From Chitinophagaceae bacterium UBA2375 (GTDB lineage: Bacteria > Bacteroidota > Bacteroidia > Chitinophagales > Chitinophagaceae): DNA of 64,000 nucleotides. The stretch is from contig DDTB01000023.1 of NCBI GenBank assembly GCA_002343985.1, forward strand, positions 11,758-75,757, in the 5' to 3' direction. Every line of letters begins with the position of its first letter. Positions within the stretch are counted from its first letter, which is position 1. Below are positions 10,008 through 18,289 of the stretch, piece after piece. Below the pieces are notes generated by a model that was not told the origin of the DNA, searched no databases, and was given only the letters and a program-made list of their open reading frames with translations. Both the position numbers and the translations under genes were made by a program.

Positions 10008-10457
10008 TTATTCATAAATCATTACTTCTGACCAAATGCTTCCTGTCGTTTCCACGGGAACAATTTTTATTTTCCATGCCCCTGGTAAAGGTTCTTTAAA
10101 ATACTTGTTGATACGGCCGCTGGTTTCTTTCTCCGAACCCGCTTGTAGCCCTACTGTATAATTCCCCAATTTTACTCCATTAGGGTCATATATTTCAATG
10201 GTCAGTTTCCCATTGCTCACAGAACTCCAAACTTTTAAGTCAAATTTTGTTGCTTTTGGCGGAATATCAATTACAATTTCTTCTGTTTTAGAATTCTTGT
10301 CTAACTTAAAATTTCTTTCCAGCGTAGTTACCGAACTTGCAAAACTCTTTCCGGATTCATTTGTTTGGGGCGTTGCTTTTTCTTTGGTTGTTTGCCCAAA
10401 AGCCGCCATAGAAGCGACCAAAAGTGAAGTAATCAAATAAACTGCTCTTGTTTTCAT
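10008..10457 (-). CDS. Hypothetical secreted protein (beta-sandwich-like)
   Basis: Signal peptide MKTRAVYLITSLLVASMAAFGQ; IEIYDPNG...PGAWKIKI; abuts the LuxR gene. Confidence 0.65.
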   Translation of the reverse strand: MKTRAVYLITSLLVASMAAFGQTTKEKATPQTNESGKSFASSVTTLERNFKLDKNSKTEEIVIDIPPKATKFDLKVWSSVSNGKLTIEIYDPNGVKLGNYTVGLQAGSEKETSGRINKYFKEPLPGAWKIKIVPVETTGSIWSEVMIYE

Positions 10458-10613
10458 AATAAAGGACTTTAAAGTTTTAACATGCCGCAAAGTTGAAGCA
10501 CTGGTGCATCGAGTAAAAAAGATAACGGTATGAAAAAGGTCTGATTATAGTAGGAAAAAAGTCTTAATTCTGGTTTTTCGATTCATTATTCTTGACTTCT
10601 CTTATGCCACCTT

Positions 10614-10641
10614 ACCCAAGTACAACGCTTGCGCCTGTATT
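10614..10641 (-). repeat. Degenerate REP-like copy (AATACAGGCGCAAGCGTTGTACTTGGG on the minus strand)
   Basis: Shares GCGCAAGC with the 8734 palindrome and GCGCCTGTATT with 8937-8947. Confidence 0.5.
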
Positions 10642-10742
10642 GAGTTATTCTTACGTCTTTTGAATGGAGTATACTTCTGAAAAGAATTTACCTGGAAAAA
10701 TATGACCAGGTTAGTGGAGTATTATTGTAAATTAGCAAAACG

Positions 10743-11399
10743 ATGGCAAGCTACGAGCAACTTTTTGAAAACAACCGCAACTGGGTAGCCAGTAAGTTAG
10801 CTACCAACAAAGAGTTTTTTGAAAAAATAGCCCGCGAACAGCACCCTGATTATTTGTACATCGGGTGTAGCGATAGCCGTGTAACAGCCGAAGACCTGAT
10901 GGGAGTAGAGCCAGGCGAAGTGTTTGTGCATCGCAATGTGGCAAACCTGGTAAATGCAACCGATCTGAATGTGATGGCGGTAATTAATTATGCGGTAAGG
11001 CACCTGAATGTTAAACATATTATTGTCTGTGGACACTACAACTGCGGTGGTGTTAAAGCTGCCATGCAACCTGTTGATATGGGAATTCTTAACCCCTGGC
11101 TGCGCAATATAAGAGACGTGTACCGACTACATAAAACCGAGCTCAATAATATTAAAGATGTAGAACAACGGTACAGAAGATTGGTTGAGTTGAACGTGGA
11201 AGAACAATGCATTAATGTAATAAAACTGGCCAGTGTACAACAAACCTATGTCGAGAAAGGCTTCCCGGTTGTGCATGGCTGGGTTTTTGATTTGAAAACA
11301 GGGTACCTCAAAGATCTTAACCTTGACTTTGTAAAAATTCTGAAAGATATACGGGAGATTTATAACCTTACGGGGACCAATTGGGATGAAAAGAAATAA
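10743..11399 (+). CDS. can: Beta-class carbonic anhydrase
   Basis: GCSDSR, EVFVHRNVAN and HYNCGG zinc-ligand motifs. Confidence 0.95.
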   Translation: MASYEQLFENNRNWVASKLATNKEFFEKIAREQHPDYLYIGCSDSRVTAEDLMGVEPGEVFVHRNVANLVNATDLNVMAVINYAVRHLNVKHIIVCGHYNCGGVKAAMQPVDMGILNPWLRNIRDVYRLHKTELNNIKDVEQRYRRLVELNVEEQCINVIKLASVQQTYVEKGFPVVHGWVFDLKTGYLKDLNLDFVKILKDIREIYNLTGTNWDEKK

Positions 11400-11497
11400 A
11401 TCCGAAGGGGAAATCTTGTACTGTCAGGGTCAATTTTATTTTAAGTCTGCTGTAAAAAACTTTCGTCTGCTTGTTTATCAATTTATTGATTACAGAT

Positions 11498-11965
11498 TCA
11501 TTTAAACTTAGCCAACTCTCTTTTAAGTAGTATAATTTCTTGTCTTAATGCTTCATTTTCATCTTGCAAAGGCTGAGTTATGTTTTTTAATTTCTCCTTT
11601 CGCTCTCTGCTTTTTGCCTCCAAAGCCTTTATTATCTCTGAATACTGGTTGATTTTTTCTCTGGCGATTTTCAGGTTGTACTGAAGTTCATCGATTAATC
11701 GAGCGGACTCTTGAAGTTTTATGTTTTGGTTATAGCGAAGAACAGATTCAAATCCATACTTTGTTCTAATATATTCTTCTCCGGATTCGTTTTTGTAGAT
11801 GTCTTGCCCAACGTAACTGAGTCCAACGTAAAGGGCTATTAAATCATAAACCGTTATGTCTCGTGTTGGTGTACCATCACTTTTCTTAATAATTAAATCA
11901 TCCGGAATTCGGTACTCAATTCTTTCATTTATCCTATTCTCCATTTCAGATTTTATGTCAGTCAT
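11498..11965 (-). CDS. Hypothetical protein with C-terminal coiled coil
   Basis: 155-aa ORF; start overlaps the TopIB stop by 8 bp; heptad-rich last ~75 aa; no family recognised. Confidence 0.7.
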   Translation of the reverse strand: MTDIKSEMENRINERIEYRIPDDLIIKKSDGTPTRDITVYDLIALYVGLSYVGQDIYKNESGEEYIRTKYGFESVLRYNQNIKLQESARLIDELQYNLKIAREKINQYSEIIKALEAKSRERKEKLKNITQPLQDENEALRQEIILLKRELAKFK

Positions 11966-12986
11966 TTGAGTTCTTCAGATAATTAAACGTTACGGTTTCT
12001 TCGCGTGTTAATCCGCGATGCTTGTTGCCTTTACCGGCTTTGTTCCATTTTGAACGAAACTTACCGCTTGCCCAATCGGATAGAATAGTGGGGTGAATAT
12101 AACTCGACCGGCAAACCGTTGGCGTATTGCCTAAATCTGCGGCCACAGTTTTTACCACATCATTTGCCACGCGCTTGCGGGCGCGTTCCGTATCGGGGTC
12201 TAACTGGCGCGAAAGCCGGTGTGCTGTCTTCCACGTAGCGGCCCAGGTACGAAAATCTTTGGCTGTTATGCTGGCATGGTTTGGTATAACAGCATCCAGG
12301 TATTCGTTAATGTGATTGGCCTTTACATCATAGTCGCTTCCGTTTTTATCGTGATAGCGGAACAAATCCTGTTTTTTGTTTTTGCCGCCCACCTCGCCCG
12401 AAGCCTGAATAATCTTTACCAGATCATCTTCCCAAATTCTACGCTTCCAAAGCTTTCCTGACTTACCGATAAACTCAAATACCGCATCGCCCTTTCCTTC
12501 GGCACTGGCCGAGCGATCAAAAATTACATGACCTTCCTTTAAGGTGGTTAGTCCGTACGAATTATTTTGTTTGGCATACTCATCATTACCCACCCGAAAG
12601 TGATACAGGTCAATCAGTTTGATAATCAACGCCACCACTTTTTCTTTTGGCATGCCATGCAACTTTAAATCGCGATTTACTTCTTTTCGGATGGTGGGTA
12701 GCAATTCTGCAAATTCAACCATGCTATCAAATTTTTCGGCTGCACGTGCCAGTGTCCAGTTTTCATGGTAACGATACTGAAGCCTGCCCTTTACATCTTT
12801 GCCTGTAGCTTGCAGGTTAGCAGTGGCATCTATCGAAATCCAAACATCTACCCAGGCGGGGGGCAATACCAACTTATTGCAGCGATCAATAATCTTTGTG
12901 TTGACAATTTTTTTACCCTTATGGTCGTAATACTCCCACGAAAGCTTTTTGGTTTTAGTTTTCTTTCTCGAAATCCCTTTTTTCAT
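11958..12986 (-). CDS. DNA topoisomerase IB (bacterial/poxvirus type)
   Basis: LPPAWVDVWI, QATGKDVKGRLQYRYH, FRVGN, GKSG, KDFRTW, LGNTPTVCRSSYIHP. Confidence 0.93.
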   Translation of the reverse strand: MKKGISRKKTKTKKLSWEYYDHKGKKIVNTKIIDRCNKLVLPPAWVDVWISIDATANLQATGKDVKGRLQYRYHENWTLARAAEKFDSMVEFAELLPTIRKEVNRDLKLHGMPKEKVVALIIKLIDLYHFRVGNDEYAKQNNSYGLTTLKEGHVIFDRSASAEGKGDAVFEFIGKSGKLWKRRIWEDDLVKIIQASGEVGGKNKKQDLFRYHDKNGSDYDVKANHINEYLDAVIPNHASITAKDFRTWAATWKTAHRLSRQLDPDTERARKRVANDVVKTVAADLGNTPTVCRSSYIHPTILSDWASGKFRSKWNKAGKGNKHRGLTREETVTFNYLKNSND

Positions 12987-13072
12987 GATTTGGCTTCGAT
13001 TGACGAACGGAAACTACAAAAAGCAGAAACAGGAAGCAACGAGTGCGTATGTCAATTAACCATATAAAGTAA

Positions 13073-13297
13073 TTAACGCCCTGTCTTTTTTTTGTCGTTT
13101 ACGTATTCCAGAATGTCGGCTGGCTGGCAGTCTAAAGCTTTGCATATTGCCTCTAATGTGCTAAAGCGAATAGCCTTTGCCTTTCCGGTTTTTAAAATGG
13201 AAAGATTAGATAAGGTTAAATCAACCCGTTCCGAAAGTTCGTTAAGCGAAATTTTACGCTTAGCCATCATCACATCTAAGTTCACTACGATGGGCAT
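13073..13297 (-). CDS. XRE/Cro-type HTH regulator (YozG-like)
   Basis: MPIVVNLDVMMAKRKISLNELSERV...NLSILKTGKAKAIRFSTL...CQPADIL. Confidence 0.92.
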   Translation of the reverse strand: MPIVVNLDVMMAKRKISLNELSERVDLTLSNLSILKTGKAKAIRFSTLEAICKALDCQPADILEYVNDKKKTGR

Positions 13298-13300
13298 ACC

Positions 13301-13837
13301 CTAAACCGTTAAATCGTTTTCGTTCTGTAGGTCCACTCCTTTCTTAAAGATGGCTGCAATTACATAGACTACGGCTGCCATTATGATATAGGCCTGGCTA
13401 TCGGCCCAGAATTGATTCAGGCTACTAATATTGTAGCCTTTGTGCAATAAAGTATTAGCAGTTTGTCGCGCACCAAAACTTAATATTCCTACAGAAAATG
13501 TATAGTAACTGATTTTGGTTATGTGCCCCGAAACAAAAGGACTAAAGGGTTTAGACAAATCCATTTTGGATAACAGCATAATGAGGATATAAAATAAGCA
13601 TGCCTTTAAAATGGAAATAACCAGAATAAAGCTATACATGCTAAAGAATGCCCACGTGCTGCGGTTATACATTTCGGTTAAGTCCAGTTTCTGATACAGA
13701 TTTGGTATTAACTCAGGATTGTAAAGGCTGAAAAAAAAGTTTACAATAAGGCCACCGGCCTCAATACTCAAGCCTACAAAGATGATCCACGCAATAATAT
13801 GCAGGAATATAAAAATGTACTGATCTCCTTTTGCCAT
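13301..13837 (-). CDS. DUF2975-family membrane protein
   Basis: Four hydrophobic segments; C-terminal IFKKGVDLQNENDLTV; directly upstream of the XRE gene, the usual pairing. Confidence 0.88.
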   Translation of the reverse strand: MAKGDQYIFIFLHIIAWIIFVGLSIEAGGLIVNFFFSLYNPELIPNLYQKLDLTEMYNRSTWAFFSMYSFILVISILKACLFYILIMLLSKMDLSKPFSPFVSGHITKISYYTFSVGILSFGARQTANTLLHKGYNISSLNQFWADSQAYIIMAAVVYVIAAIFKKGVDLQNENDLTV

Positions 13838-13861
13838 AATGGGTTACGGTTAAATAATAGG

Positions 13862-13902
13862 CAAATGTAATAAATATTTATTGATAAACAATAAATATTT
13901 TT
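13862..13902 (-). promoter_or_regulatory. Bacteroidota -7 promoter box (TACATTTG) overlapped by palindrome AATAAATATTTATT plus a near-copy; putative XRE operator
   Basis: Box at 13862-13869, perfect palindrome at 13869-13882, second half-degenerate copy at 13890-13902, upstream of DUF2975-XRE. Confidence 0.6.
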
Positions 13903-14008
13903 CTTTTATAGGAAAATTCCTGAATTAAAAGTATAACGACACCTGAACCCGGTCTTGGTAGGTTTTGGAAATAATTAATTGTCGGAATTTAGGGTAGGCA
14001 TTTTCAAA

Positions 14009-14710
14009 TTACACTTGCACACCAAAAAGATACCCAACAACGGCAGACAAGACCATGGCTATGCTGCCCCAGATCACAATACGGAGCACTGATTTGGCAA
14101 TGCTGGAACCTCCTGTTTTGGCCGACACCGCTCCAAGGATGATGAGCGACAAAATGGTAAAGCCATAGAGGTAATACTCCATATTATGCACCGGCGCGAA
14201 CAAGGTTACTGCCAATGGTAACAAGCCACCGGCGGTGAATGCGGCTCCCGAAGCAAAAGCAGCCTGGATTGGTTTTGCCTGGCTGATTTCGTTGATACCT
14301 AATTCATCCCGGATATGTGCCCCCAGGGCATCGGCCTCGGTAAGCTCTCTGGCTACCTGCATGGCGGTTTCTTTTTTCAATCCTCTCTTCTCATATATCT
14401 CCGCCAGGATTTTCATTTCCACCTCCGGCATAGCCGTAAGCTCCTGCTTCTCCCGCTCAATGTCGGCATGCTCAATATCTGTTTGGGAACTAACAGACAC
14501 ATACTCGCCCGCCGCCATCGACAAAGCGCCGGCCACCAACCCGGCTACGGTTGCCAATAAAATGGGATCCCTGCTGGTACTGGCCGTGGCCACACCAATG
14601 GCCAAACTGGATATGGAAATGATGCCGTCATTGGCGCCCAAAACCGCCGCCCTCAGCCAGTTGCTTCGGTGTATATAATGACTCTCTAAATAATTGTCGA
14701 TGGTAATCAT
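14009..14710 (-). CDS. VIT1/CCC1 family Fe/Mn transporter
   Basis: WLRAAVLGANDG, GALSMAAGEYVSVSSQ, AHIRDELGI. Confidence 0.93.
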   Translation of the reverse strand: MITIDNYLESHYIHRSNWLRAAVLGANDGIISISSLAIGVATASTSRDPILLATVAGLVAGALSMAAGEYVSVSSQTDIEHADIEREKQELTAMPEVEMKILAEIYEKRGLKKETAMQVARELTEADALGAHIRDELGINEISQAKPIQAAFASGAAFTAGGLLPLAVTLFAPVHNMEYYLYGFTILSLIILGAVSAKTGGSSIAKSVLRIVIWGSIAMVLSAVVGYLFGVQV

Positions 14711-14862
14711 TCAGTTCATGTTTAGATGCCCGGTTGCCTGTGCTTGCAGAAAGGGTCATACACCAGGCTGTTTTGGAGTTTGATCATTAAGATGTGCCAT
14801 CCTAAGGTACACTAAACTTTTCAGTAATAATTCAGTCATAGCCCCTAACCCCCGAACCGTTA

Positions 14863-15417
14863 TCAAACCAACAACCGGTCAACCGCTTCCATGGCCTTAA
14901 CCAGCCTTTCCTCAGCAGGCCCATGAACCAATGCCCAGGGTACGGGCTGATGCAGCATAGCATCGAGGTAGTAATGAAATATCCTTTTTCGCTCATTGGG
15001 ATCGGGCAATTCCCTTAAAGGGTCCGCTTCCCAGGGCAGGTCGGTATCGCAGAGCAAATACAAATCAGCCTGCGGCATGGCCAGGTGGTTCAGTATCCTG
15101 TTGTCACAGGCCTGAAACACATATTCACTCCAGACTTTTATGACATACAAATTTGTATCAATAAATAACGGTAAAGGATACACGATATCCCGCATCGCCT
15201 GCAACGCTTCACGCTCCAGCCTGATCTGCCCCTCCGCAATCTGCCACAGATCAGCTTCCTTATAGCCCGGCCCCGACTTTTCCAGGTATTCCCGTGCGTA
15301 TTCCGGCACCCACCGGGTTTGATAGGCAAGCGCCAGTTCGCGGCACAAAGTGCTCTTCCCCGTCGATTCCGGGCCCAGCACAACCACACTCCTGATATGT
15401 GGGTTTATTTTTTCCAT
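14863..15417 (-). CDS. NadR-type ribosylnicotinamide kinase-like P-loop ATPase (kinase domain only)
   Basis: GPESTGKSTL, WVPEYAREY, IDTNL, PWEADPLRE; near pnuC. Confidence 0.85.
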   Translation of the reverse strand: MEKINPHIRSVVVLGPESTGKSTLCRELALAYQTRWVPEYAREYLEKSGPGYKEADLWQIAEGQIRLEREALQAMRDIVYPLPLFIDTNLYVIKVWSEYVFQACDNRILNHLAMPQADLYLLCDTDLPWEADPLRELPDPNERKRIFHYYLDAMLHQPVPWALVHGPAEERLVKAMEAVDRLLV

Positions 15418-15962
15418 GCGGGCGATAGCTTGCTGATCTTCTTATGTACAGGGCAACTCTCTTCATGGGCGCCGGGCAAATAGCCGGTACTCATTAAAAA
15501 CTCATTCACGATTTCACCGCCGGTAAACCTGAAATGCTGCTTAAATAATTTTACCCAGCCTGGCTTATCCAATGGATGATGATGATCGAGCCATCGTTTA
15601 AATGAACCATATTCCTTTTGCAATTTCAGGATGACTTGTGCATTATGTATGGCCGCTAAAATTTTCAGTTTGTTCCGGATGATGCCCGCATCCTGCATCA
15701 GCCGTTCCACATCGCGCTCAGCATATGCCGCCACTTTTTTGATGATAAACCCATGGTAGGCTTTTCGGAAATGCTCCTGCTTTTTCAGGATCGTCGTCCA
15801 GCTCAGCCCGGCCTGGTTGATTTCCAGGATAAGCCTTTCAAACAATTCCTGGTCATCCTCAATGGGGAACCCATAATGATGGTCATGATAGTTGCGGTGC
15901 AGGCTTTGCTCGGGCTCCTTCATCAGGGGAATGGCCCTGCAATATGTGCTTGGTTTATCCAT
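15405..15962 (-). CDS. tag: DNA-3-methyladenine glycosylase I
   Basis: YHDHHYG, LFERLILEINQAGLSWTTIL, GIIRNKLKI. Confidence 0.9.
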   Translation of the reverse strand: MDKPSTYCRAIPLMKEPEQSLHRNYHDHHYGFPIEDDQELFERLILEINQAGLSWTTILKKQEHFRKAYHGFIIKKVAAYAERDVERLMQDAGIIRNKLKILAAIHNAQVILKLQKEYGSFKRWLDHHHPLDKPGWVKLFKQHFRFTGGEIVNEFLMSTGYLPGAHEESCPVHKKISKLSPAWKK

Positions 15963-15973
15963 GATTGATGCGA

Positions 15974-16606
15974 TTAATTTGTTTCACGCTTGCGGCTTAA
16001 GGCCATCCAGGAAACAAGTCCGGATATGGCCATAATCAGCAAAATAAAATAATACACGCTGGTCACCATATATCCTTTTATAAAATACAATGGGATGCTG
16101 GCGACGTTGGTGATGATCCACCAATACCAGCTCTCCACTTTCTTCCTCGCCATCAGCCACATGCCGGTGTACGCGGATGCGCTGGCTAACGCGTCGGCCC
16201 AGGGGATGGCATCGGGCGCAAAATTTTTCCGGAGCCATACCAGTGCGGTAAATATGACTATGTAACAGCTTACAAAAAAAACAAGCTGCTGCCCCCACTC
16301 GCGTTCCGTCGATTTTGTAACATGCAGGACCACCCGGTTCATCTGGTCTTTCCTGCTCCATAACCACCATCCATAGACGCTCATAATGGTATAATACAGG
16401 TTCACACTGGCTTCTCCCGGCAAATTGGCCCTGGCGCTGATATACACGTAAATAACCGTATTGATCAAACCGGTGGGATACACCCAAATGTTTTCCTTCC
16501 TGCTGAACCAAACACTGATAATGCCCGCGGCCACCGCAAGCCATTCGTACCAGCTTGCCGCCTGCAGCCCATCCATAAATGCGTTGACATATGCTTGCCA
16601 GTCCAT
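15974..16606 (-). CDS. pnuC: Nicotinamide riboside transporter PnuC
   Basis: NIWVYPTG, YGWWLW, MARKKVESWYWWI. Confidence 0.9.
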   Translation of the reverse strand: MDWQAYVNAFMDGLQAASWYEWLAVAAGIISVWFSRKENIWVYPTGLINTVIYVYISARANLPGEASVNLYYTIMSVYGWWLWSRKDQMNRVVLHVTKSTEREWGQQLVFFVSCYIVIFTALVWLRKNFAPDAIPWADALASASAYTGMWLMARKKVESWYWWIITNVASIPLYFIKGYMVTSVYYFILLIMAISGLVSWMALSRKRETN

Positions 16607-16645
16607 AAGCCCGAAAATAGGATAAATATGATCTTGACTTGAGCG

Positions 16646-16677
16646 AAATAAAAAGCGCCCCTTTATAAGGGACGCTT
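16646..16677 (-). terminator. Intrinsic terminator after the NifU-family gene
   Basis: AAGCGCCCCT/AGGGACGCTT stem followed by a T-run on the minus strand. Confidence 0.7.
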
Positions 16678-16699
16678 CATAGTAACTATTCTGAAAAAA

Positions 16700-17299
16700 T
16701 TATTCCGCTTCAGCTACCACTTCCTTCACTTCGGGGATCATGCGCTTCATCATCCCTTCAATACCCGCTTTCAGGGTGATCATCGACGAGGGGCATCCTG
16801 AGCAGGAACCCTGCAGCATGAGGTTTACCTTACCGTCTTCATAGCTTTTAAACTGAATGGCGCCGCCGTCCATTTCAACTGCGGGCTTCACATAATTTTC
16901 AAGTAATTCTTTGATCCGCTTTACCACATCATCGTCATCCGCGCTCACCTGGTTGCTGCTCTCCTGCTTCATTACCGCTACTTCATCTTCATTTATTACG
17001 GGCTTGCCTTCTTCCAGATATTCTTTTAAAAACTGTTTGATGGTTGGTATCACATCCAGCCAGTCTTCTGTGTCGCTCGTTTTGGTAAGTGTCACAAAAT
17101 TGCTGGCAATAAACACCGACTTAATAAACGGAAAGCTGAACAGTTCCTGTGCCAGCGGCGATGGCTTGGCGCTCGCTTCATCCGGGAAATCAATGCTCTT
17201 GCCGGGATATAACAACTTGTTCGCCACAAATTTCATCGTCTCCGGGTTGGGCGTCATCTCTGTGTAAATGCTGATCACCGGGTTTCCTGTCTTTATCAT
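16700..17299 (-). CDS. NifU/Nfu Fe-S cluster scaffold protein
   Basis: TPNPETMKF N-terminal domain; VKPAVEMDGG and GSCSGCPSS. Confidence 0.93.
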   Translation of the reverse strand: MIKTGNPVISIYTEMTPNPETMKFVANKLLYPGKSIDFPDEASAKPSPLAQELFSFPFIKSVFIASNFVTLTKTSDTEDWLDVIPTIKQFLKEYLEEGKPVINEDEVAVMKQESSNQVSADDDDVVKRIKELLENYVKPAVEMDGGAIQFKSYEDGKVNLMLQGSCSGCPSSMITLKAGIEGMMKRMIPEVKEVVAEAE

Positions 17300-17435
17300 A
17301 CGCTCTGAATTTATAATATAACAAAATTAACCCTTATCTGGTTAAAGAAATCTGTACATACTTGCTTAATACCCGTAAATAGCCCTTTTTTTCTGATCTC
17401 GAAACCCCGGCAACCCAAAATCCGGGCCTGTTCAA

Positions 17436-18266
17436 ATGGTAAAAAATCATACTTTTAACAAAACAACCCTAATGATCCGTTCTTTTCTGATACTGCTTAC
17501 CTGTTTACTCTTGTTTCCTGACGCATGGGCGCAGCGCGTTAAACGCAAAGGCGTGGAGCCAATGGATGTGGGCCGGAAAAAATCCGCTAAACAATCCAAT
17601 TACCAACTCGATCAACTGAAGGGCAGATGGCAGGAAATCCGCCGTTCCCCGCAGGATAACAGCAGCGCACTGGCATTCACCGACAGCCTGCTGATCCGCA
17701 TAGATGGGAAAAAAGGCGAAGTGCGCGACGCCACCAGCATGCGCATCGGGTTAATTGGAGAAGCCCAACTCGAACCGGATAACATGCTCAGCATAGCGGC
17801 TGATATTTTTGAAATCAAATACCTCGACAAAGAAAAACTGATCCTGGATGACGGGGAGTTTTTGCGGGTCTTGCAGAAAAAAGAAATCTTCTACCACGAA
17901 ACGGTTGGTAAAACACCGGTGCAGACTGAAGCCATCGGTGAACCCGTAGCCATCAATATTGAGCAACTGATGGGGAAATGGCTGATCTACAGGCGCCAGG
18001 CCGAGGCGGGTATCCGGGATGAAGCCAGGATGCTGATCAAATCCTTTGAAATCAGGGAAATCATTTCAGGCAACAAGGCCAGCGGTGAAATCGCGTTCTT
18101 CTCAAACGACATAACGGAAACGGCTACCTGCACTTTTATTTTCAGCAACGGCAATATGACCCTCGAAACCGATAAACACAATTGGGTGTTCATGACTTAC
18201 AAGGCCGATGGCCGCGAGTTTATTTTCGGTGAGAAAGGCCGGTTTATGTATTACGCGAAACACTGA
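17436..18266 (+). CDS. Hypothetical exported protein with two lipocalin-like repeats
   Basis: Signal peptide; LKGRW and LMGKW strand-A-like motifs. Confidence 0.6.
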   Translation: MVKNHTFNKTTLMIRSFLILLTCLLLFPDAWAQRVKRKGVEPMDVGRKKSAKQSNYQLDQLKGRWQEIRRSPQDNSSALAFTDSLLIRIDGKKGEVRDATSMRIGLIGEAQLEPDNMLSIAADIFEIKYLDKEKLILDDGEFLRVLQKKEIFYHETVGKTPVQTEAIGEPVAINIEQLMGKWLIYRRQAEAGIRDEARMLIKSFEIREIISGNKASGEIAFFSNDITETATCTFIFSNGNMTLETDKHNWVFMTYKADGREFIFGEKGRFMYYAKH

Positions 18267-18289
18267 CCATCCGTCATCCCGCTTGCGCG

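Noticed and set aside
12996-13058. ATTGAC...GTCAAT inverted ends upstream of TopIB, resembling MITE termini
   Set aside because: Only 6-7 bp, no target duplication and no second copy seen
14711-14862. Possible Mn/metal riboswitch upstream of the VIT1/CCC1 gene
   Set aside because: No yybP-ykoY or other consensus elements recognised by eye; an Rfam scan would settle it
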